Notes: generated by a model not told the origin, from the sequence alone. A DNA stretch of 64,000 nt from Minisyncoccota bacterium (GCA_022842645.1 JALHPE010000001.1:135711-199710); one strand, 5' to 3'; shown: positions 28,110 through 38,319, counted from the stretch's first letter. Numbers and translations: made by a program.

Positions 28110-28844
28110 ATGTCCGGCCTTGCAGCAAAAACTCTTGTTCTTGGCGGTATTATCTTTGCAATCATTATTGTTGGCTTCTTGGAGGCCCGAAAAGGGGCTG
28201 AGCTTGATGAGTTGGTTAGAGACACTCTCCGACAGCTCGGTATGAATCGCACCTATGGAATGCGAGCAGAGACTCGTGTGGATATTGGCGATCGTATACT
28301 TTCGATTGACGGCACCTATCGCATAGATACCCCGGCAAAATCGTATTCCTCAAACTCGCGCACAACCCTAACGGTTAAAAATACCGGCGAAACACATTCA
28401 TTTACCCTCCAAAACATCTCTCTTGGTGAAAAAGTCTATGTATCAGTCTCGACTGACAGTCCACTCCTCAGACAGACACTGCCTCTCACGGAAGGGTGGC
28501 GCTCGTTTGACAGTAGGGCGATACCAGAGGAGTTCGTAGGCATTGCCGTCTATGGCCCAATTCTTGATAACACGCGCATCTTTGCGGATGAGGGTGCTCA
28601 TCTTACCTTTCTCGAAAAGAAGGTAGAGGATAGCGGCGAACAGTACGTTTTTAAGCTTAGCAATCCTCGCGACGAGATAGGGGGCACACTTCAAACACTG
28701 TTTGAGCGTATTGGCTCGGAGGGGCGTGTGTTTGTATGGCTTCGTGAAGGAAGGGTCTCTCACTTCGTCTTTACTGGCAAAGACTACGTCTCAACCACAA
28801 CGCTCATGGGGGGAGAGCTTGACCCCATCACTCCCCCACTTTGA
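28110..28844 (+). CDS. Membrane-anchored extracellular beta-rich protein (LolA/LppX-like fold possible)
   Basis: N-terminal TM and beta-strand-rich body; TACGCT 6 nt before ATG 28110; fold call is tentative. Confidence 0.65.
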   Translation: MSGLAAKTLVLGGIIFAIIIVGFLEARKGAELDELVRDTLRQLGMNRTYGMRAETRVDIGDRILSIDGTYRIDTPAKSYSSNSRTTLTVKNTGETHSFTLQNISLGEKVYVSVSTDSPLLRQTLPLTEGWRSFDSRAIPEEFVGIAVYGPILDNTRIFADEGAHLTFLEKKVEDSGEQYVFKLSNPRDEIGGTLQTLFERIGSEGRVFVWLREGRVSHFVFTGKDYVSTTTLMGGELDPITPPL

Positions 28845-28891
28845 TGTGTACAGCCAAGACCGAGACGCTCGCCACGAAGTACACTAAGGCT

Positions 28892-29602
28892 ATGCAGGCA
28901 TTTCTTCGTCGCCATGCCCACAAAATCCTGATTGGACATGGAACTGCAATCGCACTCCTTACCACAAGCATGATGATGGGCGTGCCTAAAGCTATTATGT
29001 ATCTCGCACCCACACCTGAACAAATGCGGGTGGGAGAAAATGCCACGCTCTCCATTAATCTCAATGCCCAAGTGCCGGTGAACGCTATTGGCACAACACT
29101 CGTAATCCCACCTGAGATGGAAGTAATTGCCATCAGCAAGGAAGGATCTTTCTTGGACCTTTGGACTGAGGAAACGGTGTTGCGTGAAGCGGTGGGTGAA
29201 CTGCGGTTTAGTGGAGGATCACTCGCGCGCGGAGGACTCACCGGAGTGCATACAGCGCTTACACTAACTGTCCGCGCCAAAACACCCGGCGAAGCAGTCT
29301 TCTCATTCAAAGATACTGAGGTGCGGGCCCATGATGGAACGGGAGAGCGTATCACAACCGAGCTTCGCACCCTCTCCATTACAATCGTTCCGGAAACTCC
29401 CAAAGAAGAAGTCGGAGTAGAGACACAAAGAGCGGCGCCACATGCTGATTTTGACGGAAAAAATGGCGTCACTATCGCCGATATGTCTATTCTCATGATG
29501 AAGCTCTTTGGCCCTTACGATGCATACTTCGATCTAAACCGCGACGGCCTGCTTTCGCTCGCCGATCTCTCGGTTTTCTTTAGCGCGATGCAAGATCGGT
29601 AG
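28892..29602 (+). CDS. Secreted cohesin plus dockerin adaptor protein
   Basis: VNAIG...ISKEGSFLDLWTEE...LRFSGG...HDGTG cohesin pattern; DFDGKNGVTIADMSI / DLNRDGLLSLADLSV dockerin. Confidence 0.8.
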   Translation: MQAFLRRHAHKILIGHGTAIALLTTSMMMGVPKAIMYLAPTPEQMRVGENATLSINLNAQVPVNAIGTTLVIPPEMEVIAISKEGSFLDLWTEETVLREAVGELRFSGGSLARGGLTGVHTALTLTVRAKTPGEAVFSFKDTEVRAHDGTGERITTELRTLSITIVPETPKEEVGVETQRAAPHADFDGKNGVTIADMSILMMKLFGPYDAYFDLNRDGLLSLADLSVFFSAMQDR

Positions 29603-29605
29603 TGC

Positions 29606-30580
29606 TTATTTCTCACGAATGCGGCCGTATTTTGCTTTTTCGATCGCATGGATGTGGTAGAGGTAGCCCGCACCCAAACCACCGAGGACGAGAAGAAAGA
29701 GTATAGGGAGAATCGTCCCCACCACGTCTGCACCAACGGCGGCAACAGACGCAAATCCTTCCGAACGCACCGTTATTGTGAGCCGTGCGGCTTCCGACAT
29801 CTTGCCATTCTGATTCTCAGTCATGGCTCGAAGACGATAGACACCGGGACGTGCGCCCATGTTGGAGACAAACATAAATGCGCCGTCCCCATCCGTGGTA
29901 AGCGCCGTTGTTTCAGCCTCATCCCCTTCTCCAAAGAGGAATACTATCTTCGTGTTCGGCGCAGCAACTCCTGTTACTACAATTCGCTCTCCCACAGGCA
30001 CAAAACCCGGATGCGGATCAAAAATAGGTGCGGGAGGTGCCTCCTCGATATATGCTTCATAGCCTTCTTCTGTCGATGTTGCGTCACTCAGTTCAGGAAC
30101 CGCCCCTTCCTCGCGCGGCTGAACTGTGTAGAGCCCTGAGCGCATGCTGGTGATTATGTTTGAACCTTTACCATCAGCGGCGAGAATGGCACCCGCGGCA
30201 AGATAGGCATTACTGGGGCGCGAGCGGAGTGCCTTGAACTCCACGGTGACGAGAAGTCCTCGCGAACCGCGGTACGGTACTTTTGTCCACCCCGCAAAAC
30301 GCAGTGTTCCTGTCTGATTTGAAAATGTCGGCTGCGTTGGCCATGCATCGAGAATAGAACCATCAGTCGAAACTTTTTGTATCTCAATTGCGTCGGGATT
30401 AAATGTGAGCTCCGCCTCAGCAGCATTTACCTCTGCGTCATCGGTATCAGCATACACACGTATTTCAAAAATCTCACCGATCGTATAGGCTCCCGTTTCT
30501 GGCTCAACAAAGAGCGCTGCCTCTGCGGCAAAAACCCCGCTCGGAACAAGGAGAACCAGCGCGAGGAAAACACGCATCAT
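29606..30580 (-). CDS. Cohesin-domain protein with Ig-like domain and C-terminal TM anchor
   Basis: GEIFEIRV, VNAAEAELTF, DGSILDAWPTQPTFSN..GTLRFAG, AADGKG. Confidence 0.82.
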   Translation of the reverse strand: MMRVFLALVLLVPSGVFAAEAALFVEPETGAYTIGEIFEIRVYADTDDAEVNAAEAELTFNPDAIEIQKVSTDGSILDAWPTQPTFSNQTGTLRFAGWTKVPYRGSRGLLVTVEFKALRSRPSNAYLAAGAILAADGKGSNIITSMRSGLYTVQPREEGAVPELSDATSTEEGYEAYIEEAPPAPIFDPHPGFVPVGERIVVTGVAAPNTKIVFLFGEGDEAETTALTTDGDGAFMFVSNMGARPGVYRLRAMTENQNGKMSEAARLTITVRSEGFASVAAVGADVVGTILPILFLLVLGGLGAGYLYHIHAIEKAKYGRIREK

Positions 30581-31491
30581 GCGCCTGATGCAGGATCTGT
30601 TGGCTTTTCCCTGGGTCGCAGGTACAGCCGCGAGAATGCGATGAGCACAACGAGTATGACGCCGAAAATGATGAATGAAAGATCGATCGACGCCTGTGAT
30701 TCCGGTGCGGCCTCCGCGTCATACTCTCCCAAGCGCTCGTTTCCTGCCTTGTCTATGGCACGGACACGAATATCGTCGAGCGATTTAAAACGAAGGGCGT
30801 GGGGGCTCGTAACCGTACGCCAGGCTCCTCGCTCATAGAGCTCGAAGTGATCAAGCCCACTCTGCTTATCGGTTGTCGAAAATACGAGAAAATAGCGGCC
30901 GCTAAAGATCCCGCGCGTTGAGTGAGCCTCGACCGTAAATGCTTCTGGTGGAATAGTATCTTCCTGTACCTCCTGAATCCATTCGTTTGCCGAAAGTTGT
31001 GGCTCACGAAGGAGTGTAAACGACGCAACGCTTCGTTCCGGCACTATCTCAGTCCCCAGACCATCATGTGCATAGAGACGTGCGTTGTTACTTATGAGCA
31101 CGTCAGCATTCTCGCTTGTGCCAACAACTGTGAATGCAATTCTGCCGAGAATATTGCTCAGCGACGGGTCGCCCTGAACGCGTCCGCAATACCCACCGGG
31201 AATGCCACCCGCAAATGAGACGATACCGCGCTCGTAATCGAGTACGGGCTCGCGCACCCACAAGGAGAGTATTGATGAGCCTTTACTGAAATCAACGGCG
31301 CGCATGCTTTCTTTGGGGTATACAATCTCGATGTCAGCAGCATTTATACACGCATCGTCAGTGAGAACCCGCACTTCTGCAATAAACGTATCTCCCACTC
31401 CATATGTCCCATCCCCCGGCGTGAGATAGACACTTGCGGCATGTGCAAAAATGGGGGAAGCAAAGAGTGCGAGTGCAAGAATGGCGCGCAT
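30577..31491 (-). CDS. Cohesin-domain protein with Ig-like domain and C-terminal TM anchor
   Basis: GDTFIAEV, INAADIEIVY, GSSILSLWVREP..GIVSFAGGIPGG, AHDGLGT, DKQSGLDHF, AIDKAGN. Confidence 0.82.
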   Translation of the reverse strand: MRAILALALFASPIFAHAASVYLTPGDGTYGVGDTFIAEVRVLTDDACINAADIEIVYPKESMRAVDFSKGSSILSLWVREPVLDYERGIVSFAGGIPGGYCGRVQGDPSLSNILGRIAFTVVGTSENADVLISNNARLYAHDGLGTEIVPERSVASFTLLREPQLSANEWIQEVQEDTIPPEAFTVEAHSTRGIFSGRYFLVFSTTDKQSGLDHFELYERGAWRTVTSPHALRFKSLDDIRVRAIDKAGNERLGEYDAEAAPESQASIDLSFIIFGVILVVLIAFSRLYLRPREKPTDPASGA

Positions 31492-31505
31492 ACCTATAGT
31501 ATATA

Positions 31506-32666
31506 TTAGCCCGTCCAGTTAAAGAGCATGATACTAAAATCTCCGAGATTTACGGTGCCGTCTTTGTTGAAGTCATAGCGCGCGTCGGTCTTCCCCCACG
31601 AGATGAGAAAGATCGAGAAATCGACGAGATTGACTTTGCCGTCATCGTTAACATCAGCTGAGCCGGTGCCTCCAGGAGAACCTGCGCCCACAAAAAACCC
31701 CACAGAGCGACCGTACCCGCTCGAAGCTTCGATCGAAAGTTCAAAAAGCGCCTTTGCAGTGTTCATCCCTTCAGAGAGCGATCCGGTGTCTACTTGCAGT
31801 ACCCACAGTCCTGCCTGGTCGCTCTCTGCAGAGAACGATGTCTTCTTCCCGGCAAACACATCCGCGAACACCTTCACATCGGGCACTGTCTGTCCCTGGA
31901 GCGTCAAAAAATCTCCTCGTGGTATTTCAACCGCACTCGCAGAGATGGTCGGCGGAATGAGTATATTTGCGATGGTAGTCACCGCGCTCTGGACGACCTC
32001 AAATACAAACGCGGTAGTAAGTGAGTCGACACCACGACTATCTTTTGCAGAAAAGCCAAACGTCGTAATACCGGGGGTCACCTGATTGGTTGTGTAGATA
32101 AAATTTGCTTTGGAATCAGCGCGGGTGGTTCCAAATTCTTTGCCATCAACCAACACGCGCACATCAGCGTTTGGGTATGCTTTCCCGCGCATCACCACTT
32201 TTGTTTCGTTTGCAGACGGAATGGTTCCTGGTTGCCCCCCAGGAAGATTCGGGATAGAGCCGACGGTTGGCGAGCCCGGGTTTGACGGCGGCACTGCGGT
32301 TTCCGACTGGCACGTCGCCGAACAAAGGTCGCCGTTGGTATGATTACCATCGTCACACTGCTCAGAGAAACGCACTTGGAGTATGTTATCGCCGCAGTAA
32401 GGACCGAAGCTTACACAATCAGCCGCACACACACGCAGCGTAGTCGAGGAGCCGTACGTACCCAGGTTATTCCCTGCCCCAAGATCACAGACCTCTTCGG
32501 TGCTCACAACTCCATCGCCACAAATGGTGATGATAGCGCTAGTTTGAAGATCAATTGCAGCGGCTTGTGGAAGAAATATGAGGTACGCTTCAAGTAGGAG
32601 CACGCCGATACCCATTGCGGTGAGGAGCCCTATCCACACACGCTCAAACAGACTACCAGCGAACAT
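31506..32666 (-). CDS. Secreted protein with Myxococcus-type Cys-rich repeats (DUF4215-like), Ig-like domains and C-terminal dockerin
   Basis: CGDG..EVCD.G and CGD...EQCDDGN...DLCSATC; DVNDDGKVNLVDFSI / DFNKDGTVNLGDFSI. Confidence 0.85.
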   Translation of the reverse strand: MFAGSLFERVWIGLLTAMGIGVLLLEAYLIFLPQAAAIDLQTSAIITICGDGVVSTEEVCDLGAGNNLGTYGSSTTLRVCAADCVSFGPYCGDNILQVRFSEQCDDGNHTNGDLCSATCQSETAVPPSNPGSPTVGSIPNLPGGQPGTIPSANETKVVMRGKAYPNADVRVLVDGKEFGTTRADSKANFIYTTNQVTPGITTFGFSAKDSRGVDSLTTAFVFEVVQSAVTTIANILIPPTISASAVEIPRGDFLTLQGQTVPDVKVFADVFAGKKTSFSAESDQAGLWVLQVDTGSLSEGMNTAKALFELSIEASSGYGRSVGFFVGAGSPGGTGSADVNDDGKVNLVDFSIFLISWGKTDARYDFNKDGTVNLGDFSIMLFNWTG

Positions 32667-33621
32667 GCGGGCGAGAAGTGCGACGACGCGCGAGAATGAC
32701 GGCAAGAGAGAGCACGATAAGAAGTGGGATACCAACAAAACCAGCAACTTTTAGTTTATCGGCATTTGAAAGTCCTCCGAAACCGTACCCCTCATATCCA
32801 GGAACACTTCCTATGGTTGAGATGCTCACGTCGAGCACGTCCTGTTGCGCAACCTCTTCACCTTTTTGAATAGTGTATTTTGCCTTATAACGTCCTGCTG
32901 GGAGACGTGTCGGGAGTTCCGCAAGCACCTCCTGAATTGCAAACGGTGGAATTGACTCAATCGTATTCGTATTCTCGGTAGTTTCGAGCAGTGTTTCCAT
33001 ATCGGCATCGTATATCTCGAACCGCACCCCAGTTGGTCCATAGTCGGTATTCCCTGTATTTTCGATCGTCATGAGAAAGCGAATCTTGCCAGGAAAGAAC
33101 AGTCCCCACTTCCAGCGACCTTCTTCGAGATCAGAGAGTCGAATCTTTCTCACTGAGAAATCGTAAATCTTATCAACAACTTCAATATCAACGTCGATCT
33201 GGGCACCGAGCGCAATTGACACACCGCTTCCCTGAGGACCTGCCGCAGCCGAAGATGTTCGCACCCGAATGGTTCCTTCGTGTGTTTTGTATTCGGCATC
33301 TTCGGGAACCTGCACGCGTACGATAATAGGAATTTGAGTTGTGCCTTTCGGTAAGATAAATGTATTTCCACGATCAACAGAAAACCACGATTCGATGCCG
33401 GGAATATTCATGGTGATCTCCGCAGTGAGGTCTTCTGAGGGGTCGGAGCGTACGAGCGTTATTTTTTGTTCAAAGACAGTCCCGCGCGTGAGACGTTGAT
33501 TATTCACATACGGAGGTGTGATACCAAACCCCGCATGTGCAAGTGGCGCACATACAAAAAACACAATGAGTGTCACGAGCGAAAAGCGCATAGAAAAAAA
33601 GCGCCTGTGTTTCGCGGCCAT
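32653..33621 (-). CDS. Divergent DUF916/chaperone-like membrane-anchored protein #4
   Basis: GFGITPP, SWF, VRVQVPEDA...Y, IENTGN, GRYKA, C-terminal TM; TAAAAT 7 nt before ATG 33621. Confidence 0.65.
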   Translation of the reverse strand: MAAKHRRFFSMRFSLVTLIVFFVCAPLAHAGFGITPPYVNNQRLTRGTVFEQKITLVRSDPSEDLTAEITMNIPGIESWFSVDRGNTFILPKGTTQIPIIVRVQVPEDAEYKTHEGTIRVRTSSAAAGPQGSGVSIALGAQIDVDIEVVDKIYDFSVRKIRLSDLEEGRWKWGLFFPGKIRFLMTIENTGNTDYGPTGVRFEIYDADMETLLETTENTNTIESIPPFAIQEVLAELPTRLPAGRYKAKYTIQKGEEVAQQDVLDVSISTIGSVPGYEGYGFGGLSNADKLKVAGFVGIPLLIVLSLAVILARRRTSRPHVRW

Positions 33622-33717
33622 AGAGCGCATTTTAGCACCTACTAACGCTATGTCTTGCCTCTGTACCCACGAACCGGGAGAGAGAGAAAAGTGACCCATG
33701 AACCCCAGGAAAACGCT

Positions 33718-35592
33718 TTACCAGAAGGAACTATTACTCTTCTTTGCTGTTATTGTGTTTTGCCCGAGATAGCTACCCGCTTGCGTAATCGCGCTTGGAA
33801 TGTTGATGCCCCAGTAGGTATCCCGTTCTTGCGGGGAGCTTGTGGCGGTTGTCTTCGGAACGCGTATCAAGAGTTCAGCCGGAGTCGTAGAGCCGGTGAG
33901 TGTAAATGCGGTAGTGGACGCATAGCCGACTGAGGAAGTTGCGAATTTTTGGTTAGAGACCGGAATATCGTTTGCGGGATTAATGCCGTTGGTATCACAC
34001 GAGTCTGGTGCACTCCATATCGTACACATCGTGTCGCCATAGAGGTCTTGGTCGAGGCCAATGTTTCCGAGTGCAATAAGATCAGTTGTGGTTGCGAGAG
34101 GATCGTTCTGCTGACCCGGCTCGAGCCCGCCGTACCCAATCGCAGTTTCTGTCACGTTAAATGCGAGGAAACTGGTCATTTCATTTCCTGTTGAACCCTC
34201 GGTGAGTCCACTTGAGAAACCGTCATCGTCGAGAATACTGACCGAGGTGAGCCAGTTTTCCGCTGTCCAAGGCGTTGCGGTATCGGTTGGGTCTGCGACG
34301 TACCAAAGCGGGAATGTGCATGTCCATGTGGATGTGGTATCCGACGTCCCACTACACGAGGCGCCATCCTGGGTGCAGGAAACAAAAGGACTGAAATTCG
34401 GCGACGAGGATGCATAGCAGTTGTTAGGATTATATTCGCCAGAAGAATCACAGCCTGCTTGTGTGATACCTGAGCGATAGACGTTGATGGTTGCCGTCGC
34501 GATCTCATTCCCCACCGTTGCCTGACAGCTATTGTTGTCAGTTGCGGTAAAGCGTACACGAAAAGGTCCGGTTGTTGCACTCGGCGTGACGAGCGTTAAG
34601 TTACCCGAGCCATCAGTGTCTTCAAGACTGACGGTCGCAGCACTCACACTTGGCGCGACATTGTTCACGGTAAACGATGAATTGAAACCTTGGAATGTCG
34701 ATGTTGCACTGTGACCATGATTATCGATCACGAACACAAATGCCGAATACAGAGCGTCCTGTGTTGGAATCACAATAGTGGTGGTCGTTGCGGGGTTAGA
34801 CGACGCAAGCGTCGAGGTTGCCCAGGCGCCACCGGTACAGGTTCCGTTACTGAAACCGCTCGTGCGGCACACGATGAGTTGCACAGTGTCAGCAACACCA
34901 GCAACATCAGTATCTGATGCCGTAGAGTTCCATGTCATCGTATCCCCCGGATCGACTGGACCATCGTTTGATATCGCGGTGAAAATAGGAGGGTGGTTTA
35001 CAACAAAGGGCGAGGAGGTTGTGCCACTACCTTGCCTAAACGCCAGGTTGCAGCGCGGAAGCGGGTTATTACCATCGCATACCCATGCGAACCAATCATT
35101 AAGCTCGTTTTGAAATGGGAAGGTTTCTCTGGTGGTTGTTGCAGCGGTTGCTTGTAAGCCACTGCCCGTAGAAGCTGAAACCGCCCACTGATTGGCAACA
35201 CCACCATTGCAGGTCGGCGCCGCACTGATGTTTGCAGTGGGTGTGCCACTTGTTTTACAAATGAGGAGGTAGTAGTTGTCGCCGCTTGAGTCCGTTGCCG
35301 TTCCAATCCAAGAAACAACACTTCCCGAATTGGTGGGAGTTGTTGTGGAAGATCCAATGTTTTCTTGCGCATCCACTGTCCATGTTGGCGCGGTGTTGAG
35401 CACCGTAACTGATGTGGTCACGTCGTCTGCGCGTGCGTTTGGTACATTCGCATCAAAGAGGAGCGTAAACAAAAGTGCCGAGATAACCGCAAGGATCAAA
35501 GCACCACTTTTGCCTTCACCCCCCTGGAGTGCGCTCTGACATAAACGAAGAAGCCCGAACTGATACGGCATACTATGCACTGATGGTAGCAC
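33718..35592 (-). CDS. Secreted Cys-containing protein with WxL/pilin-like C-terminal module type B
   Basis: Signal/TM segment; C-terminus YWGINIP...GSYLGQNTITA shared with the 6336-aa protein; start uncertain. Confidence 0.75.
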   Translation of the reverse strand: MLPSVHSMPYQFGLLRLCQSALQGGEGKSGALILAVISALLFTLLFDANVPNARADDVTTSVTVLNTAPTWTVDAQENIGSSTTTPTNSGSVVSWIGTATDSSGDNYYLLICKTSGTPTANISAAPTCNGGVANQWAVSASTGSGLQATAATTTRETFPFQNELNDWFAWVCDGNNPLPRCNLAFRQGSGTTSSPFVVNHPPIFTAISNDGPVDPGDTMTWNSTASDTDVAGVADTVQLIVCRTSGFSNGTCTGGAWATSTLASSNPATTTTIVIPTQDALYSAFVFVIDNHGHSATSTFQGFNSSFTVNNVAPSVSAATVSLEDTDGSGNLTLVTPSATTGPFRVRFTATDNNSCQATVGNEIATATINVYRSGITQAGCDSSGEYNPNNCYASSSPNFSPFVSCTQDGASCSGTSDTTSTWTCTFPLWYVADPTDTATPWTAENWLTSVSILDDDGFSSGLTEGSTGNEMTSFLAFNVTETAIGYGGLEPGQQNDPLATTTDLIALGNIGLDQDLYGDTMCTIWSAPDSCDTNGINPANDIPVSNQKFATSSVGYASTTAFTLTGSTTPAELLIRVPKTTATSSPQERDTYWGINIPSAITQAGSYLGQNTITAKKSNSSFW

Positions 35593-35618
35593 TCAGGAAA
35601 ATTGTAATTTTCCTTGTA

Positions 35619-35627
35619 TGTGGATAA
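35619..35627 (-). promoter_or_regulatory. DnaA-box consensus (TTATCCACA) upstream of a -10 TACAAT (35601-35606)
   Basis: Perfect 9-mer in a short intergenic region. Confidence 0.45.
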
Positions 35628-35644
35628 CAAACCGCGCGTAGTTG

Positions 35645-36853
35645 CTATTTGTAGCGAATCGCGTCGAGTGGGTTAATTTTTGCGGCGCGACGCGCAGGGA
35701 AAAGTCCGGTGATAAGCCCGACGACACCCGAAAAAGTCGCGATGAATGCGAGAAATGGAAGTGGATATTTGAAAATCCCAACCGCTTCCCCACCGAACTT
35801 ACTCGCCGCAACACTCAGGAGTCCATTCGCAAACCACCCAATACCGACGCCGATCATGATTCCCACAATGCCCCCGAGAAGACCAACAATAACCGCTTCC
35901 GCAACGAAGAGTACGACGATGTCACGCGACGAAGCGCCAATCGTGCGCATAATGCCGATTTCCGCCGTGCGCTCGAGGAGGGTGACCGTCATTGTATTGA
36001 ACATACCAATCGCAGAAACAGTGAGTGCGATTCCACCAAAGACTGCCAAGACTGCCTGAATACCTTGGAAGATTTTGTTTGCCTGTTCGACAGTTTTTGA
36101 AAGCGCCGTCACCACAAATCCCTGTGCGATAATTTCATCTTGCACTGGAACCAGTGACTCACTATCAATCACGCGCACTTGCACGCGCTCGTACTCAGGA
36201 ATCTGGAAGCGCGACGAAAACTCATCGAGCGTCATGATCGCCACGAGCGATGATGCGTCATCGGTTACTCCTTTAATAGTGTACGGAGTCTCAATCGCGA
36301 CTTCGGTAAAATCTTCAGTCCCCTCGTTCGGCACTAAAACGCGGAATGTGACTTGGCGACCAAGTGCTTCTGCCGGGTTTTCAACGCCGAAGAGTTTGAG
36401 CATCGCAGAAGAAACAATCACGCTTCGCTTGTCTTCCTCGGCAGTCGCGTCGGTAAACAGATCCCCTTCAAGCGCCTTGCCGCCAGTGTAGAGAAAATAG
36501 GATGGCTTCACGCCCTGGAGGAATGCATTCCCTGTGAGCCCCTCGTACGTTGCAAGCGTCGGAAAACTCGCCATGGGCGACACATCTTTCACGAGCTCGT
36601 TTGCTGCAAATGCATCGACAGTTTCTTGATCCAAGACTACCGCCTTCGAAGGCGGATTTGCAACGTTGAGAGAAAGGAGTGTTTCTCCGAAAACGATGCG
36701 TTCGAGAATGATACTCTGGAGCCCGAAGCCGAGGCCCACAAGCGCAACGACCGCCCCCGTTCCCACACCCATGCCCAAAATAGTGAGCCACGTACGCGAC
36801 GGGTTCGTCTTGAACATACGCGTTGAGAGCATTGCGATGTCTTGAATTCTCAT
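35645..36853 (-). CDS. MacB/FtsX-type (type VII) ABC transporter permease
   Basis: RTWLTILGMGVG, large periplasmic-core domain, GMFNTMTVTLLERTAEIGIMRTIGA, FPARRAAKINPLDAIRY. Confidence 0.92.
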   Translation of the reverse strand: MRIQDIAMLSTRMFKTNPSRTWLTILGMGVGTGAVVALVGLGFGLQSIILERIVFGETLLSLNVANPPSKAVVLDQETVDAFAANELVKDVSPMASFPTLATYEGLTGNAFLQGVKPSYFLYTGGKALEGDLFTDATAEEDKRSVIVSSAMLKLFGVENPAEALGRQVTFRVLVPNEGTEDFTEVAIETPYTIKGVTDDASSLVAIMTLDEFSSRFQIPEYERVQVRVIDSESLVPVQDEIIAQGFVVTALSKTVEQANKIFQGIQAVLAVFGGIALTVSAIGMFNTMTVTLLERTAEIGIMRTIGASSRDIVVLFVAEAVIVGLLGGIVGIMIGVGIGWFANGLLSVAASKFGGEAVGIFKYPLPFLAFIATFSGVVGLITGLFPARRAAKINPLDAIRYK

Positions 36854-36858
36854 GGTGG

Positions 36859-38205
36859 TTATGAATGCGCTCCGAGAAGTTCGTTCGCGCGGATGATGTA
36901 GCCGCCTTGAGCAATCAGTTTCTCTAAATGTCGCGCTATTTTCCCTGCCGCATCTTCGTCGTAGGCAGCGCCTCCAAGATGCTCGGGAAGCGCAAGTTTT
37001 TCTTCAAACTCTGCAGCGTTCGTGATACCTCCCACGCGATCGGCGACCGCATCGCGGAGTATTCCGATCTGCACAGCGGTTGAGGTAATGCCGATCTCTT
37101 CTTTGATGTAGTAGAGGAGGTGGTCGATGAATTTTCTTTGGTGGAGAAAGAGGTTGTCTGAATGCACTTCCGCGCGAAACTTTTGGACGTCCTGCGAATA
37201 GTGCACGAGGGCAAAGACACGATTCATAACCCCCGTCGCCTCATCCATGTGCATTCCCACGCCGCCCGCATGCACGCTCTTCATCAGAAATTCCATGAGG
37301 AGGTTTTCGTCCATGGTGCCGGCCAAGACCTGTAAGACCGCCTTCTCAAGCCGCTCGAGTTGCGTGAAGCCGATTGTTTGCGTCGCAAAATTCACAATGC
37401 TTTTTACCTTGAGCTCCATCGGTTCCGCATACGGATACAGACGTGCGAGCTGTTCGATTTCCGTCACAATGGTTTCCCCCGGCTTTGTGCGCTTCACTTG
37501 TGGCTTTTCAGGGTTCACCACAATGCGGCGTAATTCCCCATCGCGCATATAGAAGACGCGGTGCGCATACGGAAGATATTTTGCGTCGTGCGTGACGAGA
37601 ATTACCGTCTTTCTGTCTTTTTCGTTAATTTCTTCAAATGAATCCATAACGTGCTCGGCGGAGATAGAGTCGAGGTTACCAACAGGCTCGTCGGCAAGGA
37701 GAATCTCCGGATCGTTAATCAAGGAGCGCGCCACCGCAACACGCTGCTGCTGACCGCCCGACATCATGACGGGTGTTTTGTTCTCAAGGCGCTCAGGGAT
37801 ACCAAAACGACGCAGGAGTTCTTGCCCTCGTGCGTTCCGCTCCTGCACGCCCTTGTTAAGGAAGATCATCGGGAGCGCCACGTTGTCCAAGACGCTAATC
37901 GAAGTGATGAGGTTAAATTGCTGATAGACGATGCCGATCACGGCTTGTTGATAGCGATTCATTTCCGCCGGTGTGTAGGCATAAATATCTTCACCCTTAA
38001 CATAGAGGTGCCCGGTGTCGGGGACGTTACCGCCGAGAATGGTATAGAGGAGTGTGGATTTACCACACCCCGAAGGACCAAAGAGGATGATGTATTCGCG
38101 CGGATAGATCTCGACGTTAATATTTTTAAGCGCATTAAATTCGTTTGACTTCCCCTTGTTATAGGTAATCACGAGATTTTCTGCCTGAATCGCTGCTTTT
38201 GCCAT
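36859..38205 (-). CDS. ABC transporter ATP-binding protein (LolD/MacB-like) with ~210-aa C-terminal helical extension
   Basis: GPSGCGKST, MSGGQQQRVAVARSL, ADEPVGNLD, VTHD. Confidence 0.92.
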   Translation of the reverse strand: MAKAAIQAENLVITYNKGKSNEFNALKNINVEIYPREYIILFGPSGCGKSTLLYTILGGNVPDTGHLYVKGEDIYAYTPAEMNRYQQAVIGIVYQQFNLITSISVLDNVALPMIFLNKGVQERNARGQELLRRFGIPERLENKTPVMMSGGQQQRVAVARSLINDPEILLADEPVGNLDSISAEHVMDSFEEINEKDRKTVILVTHDAKYLPYAHRVFYMRDGELRRIVVNPEKPQVKRTKPGETIVTEIEQLARLYPYAEPMELKVKSIVNFATQTIGFTQLERLEKAVLQVLAGTMDENLLMEFLMKSVHAGGVGMHMDEATGVMNRVFALVHYSQDVQKFRAEVHSDNLFLHQRKFIDHLLYYIKEEIGITSTAVQIGILRDAVADRVGGITNAAEFEEKLALPEHLGGAAYDEDAAGKIARHLEKLIAQGGYIIRANELLGAHS

Positions 38206-38214
38206 ACCTTATTG

Positions 38215-38319
38215 AAAGCTCGAAATACTAAATCCTAAATCCGAAACGGAATGAGGGGATTTATTTGTGATTTGTAATTTCATATTTGTTTAGAATTTAG
38301 TGCTTCGAATTTCGGATTT
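38215..38319. repeat. Imperfect inverted heptamer arrays (AAATCCT/G-type ... ATTTAGT/ATTTCGG-type)
   Basis: AAGCTCGAAATACTAAATCCTAAATCCGAAAC is roughly complementary to GTTTAGAATTTAGTGCTTCGAATTTCGGATTT. Confidence 0.65.
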
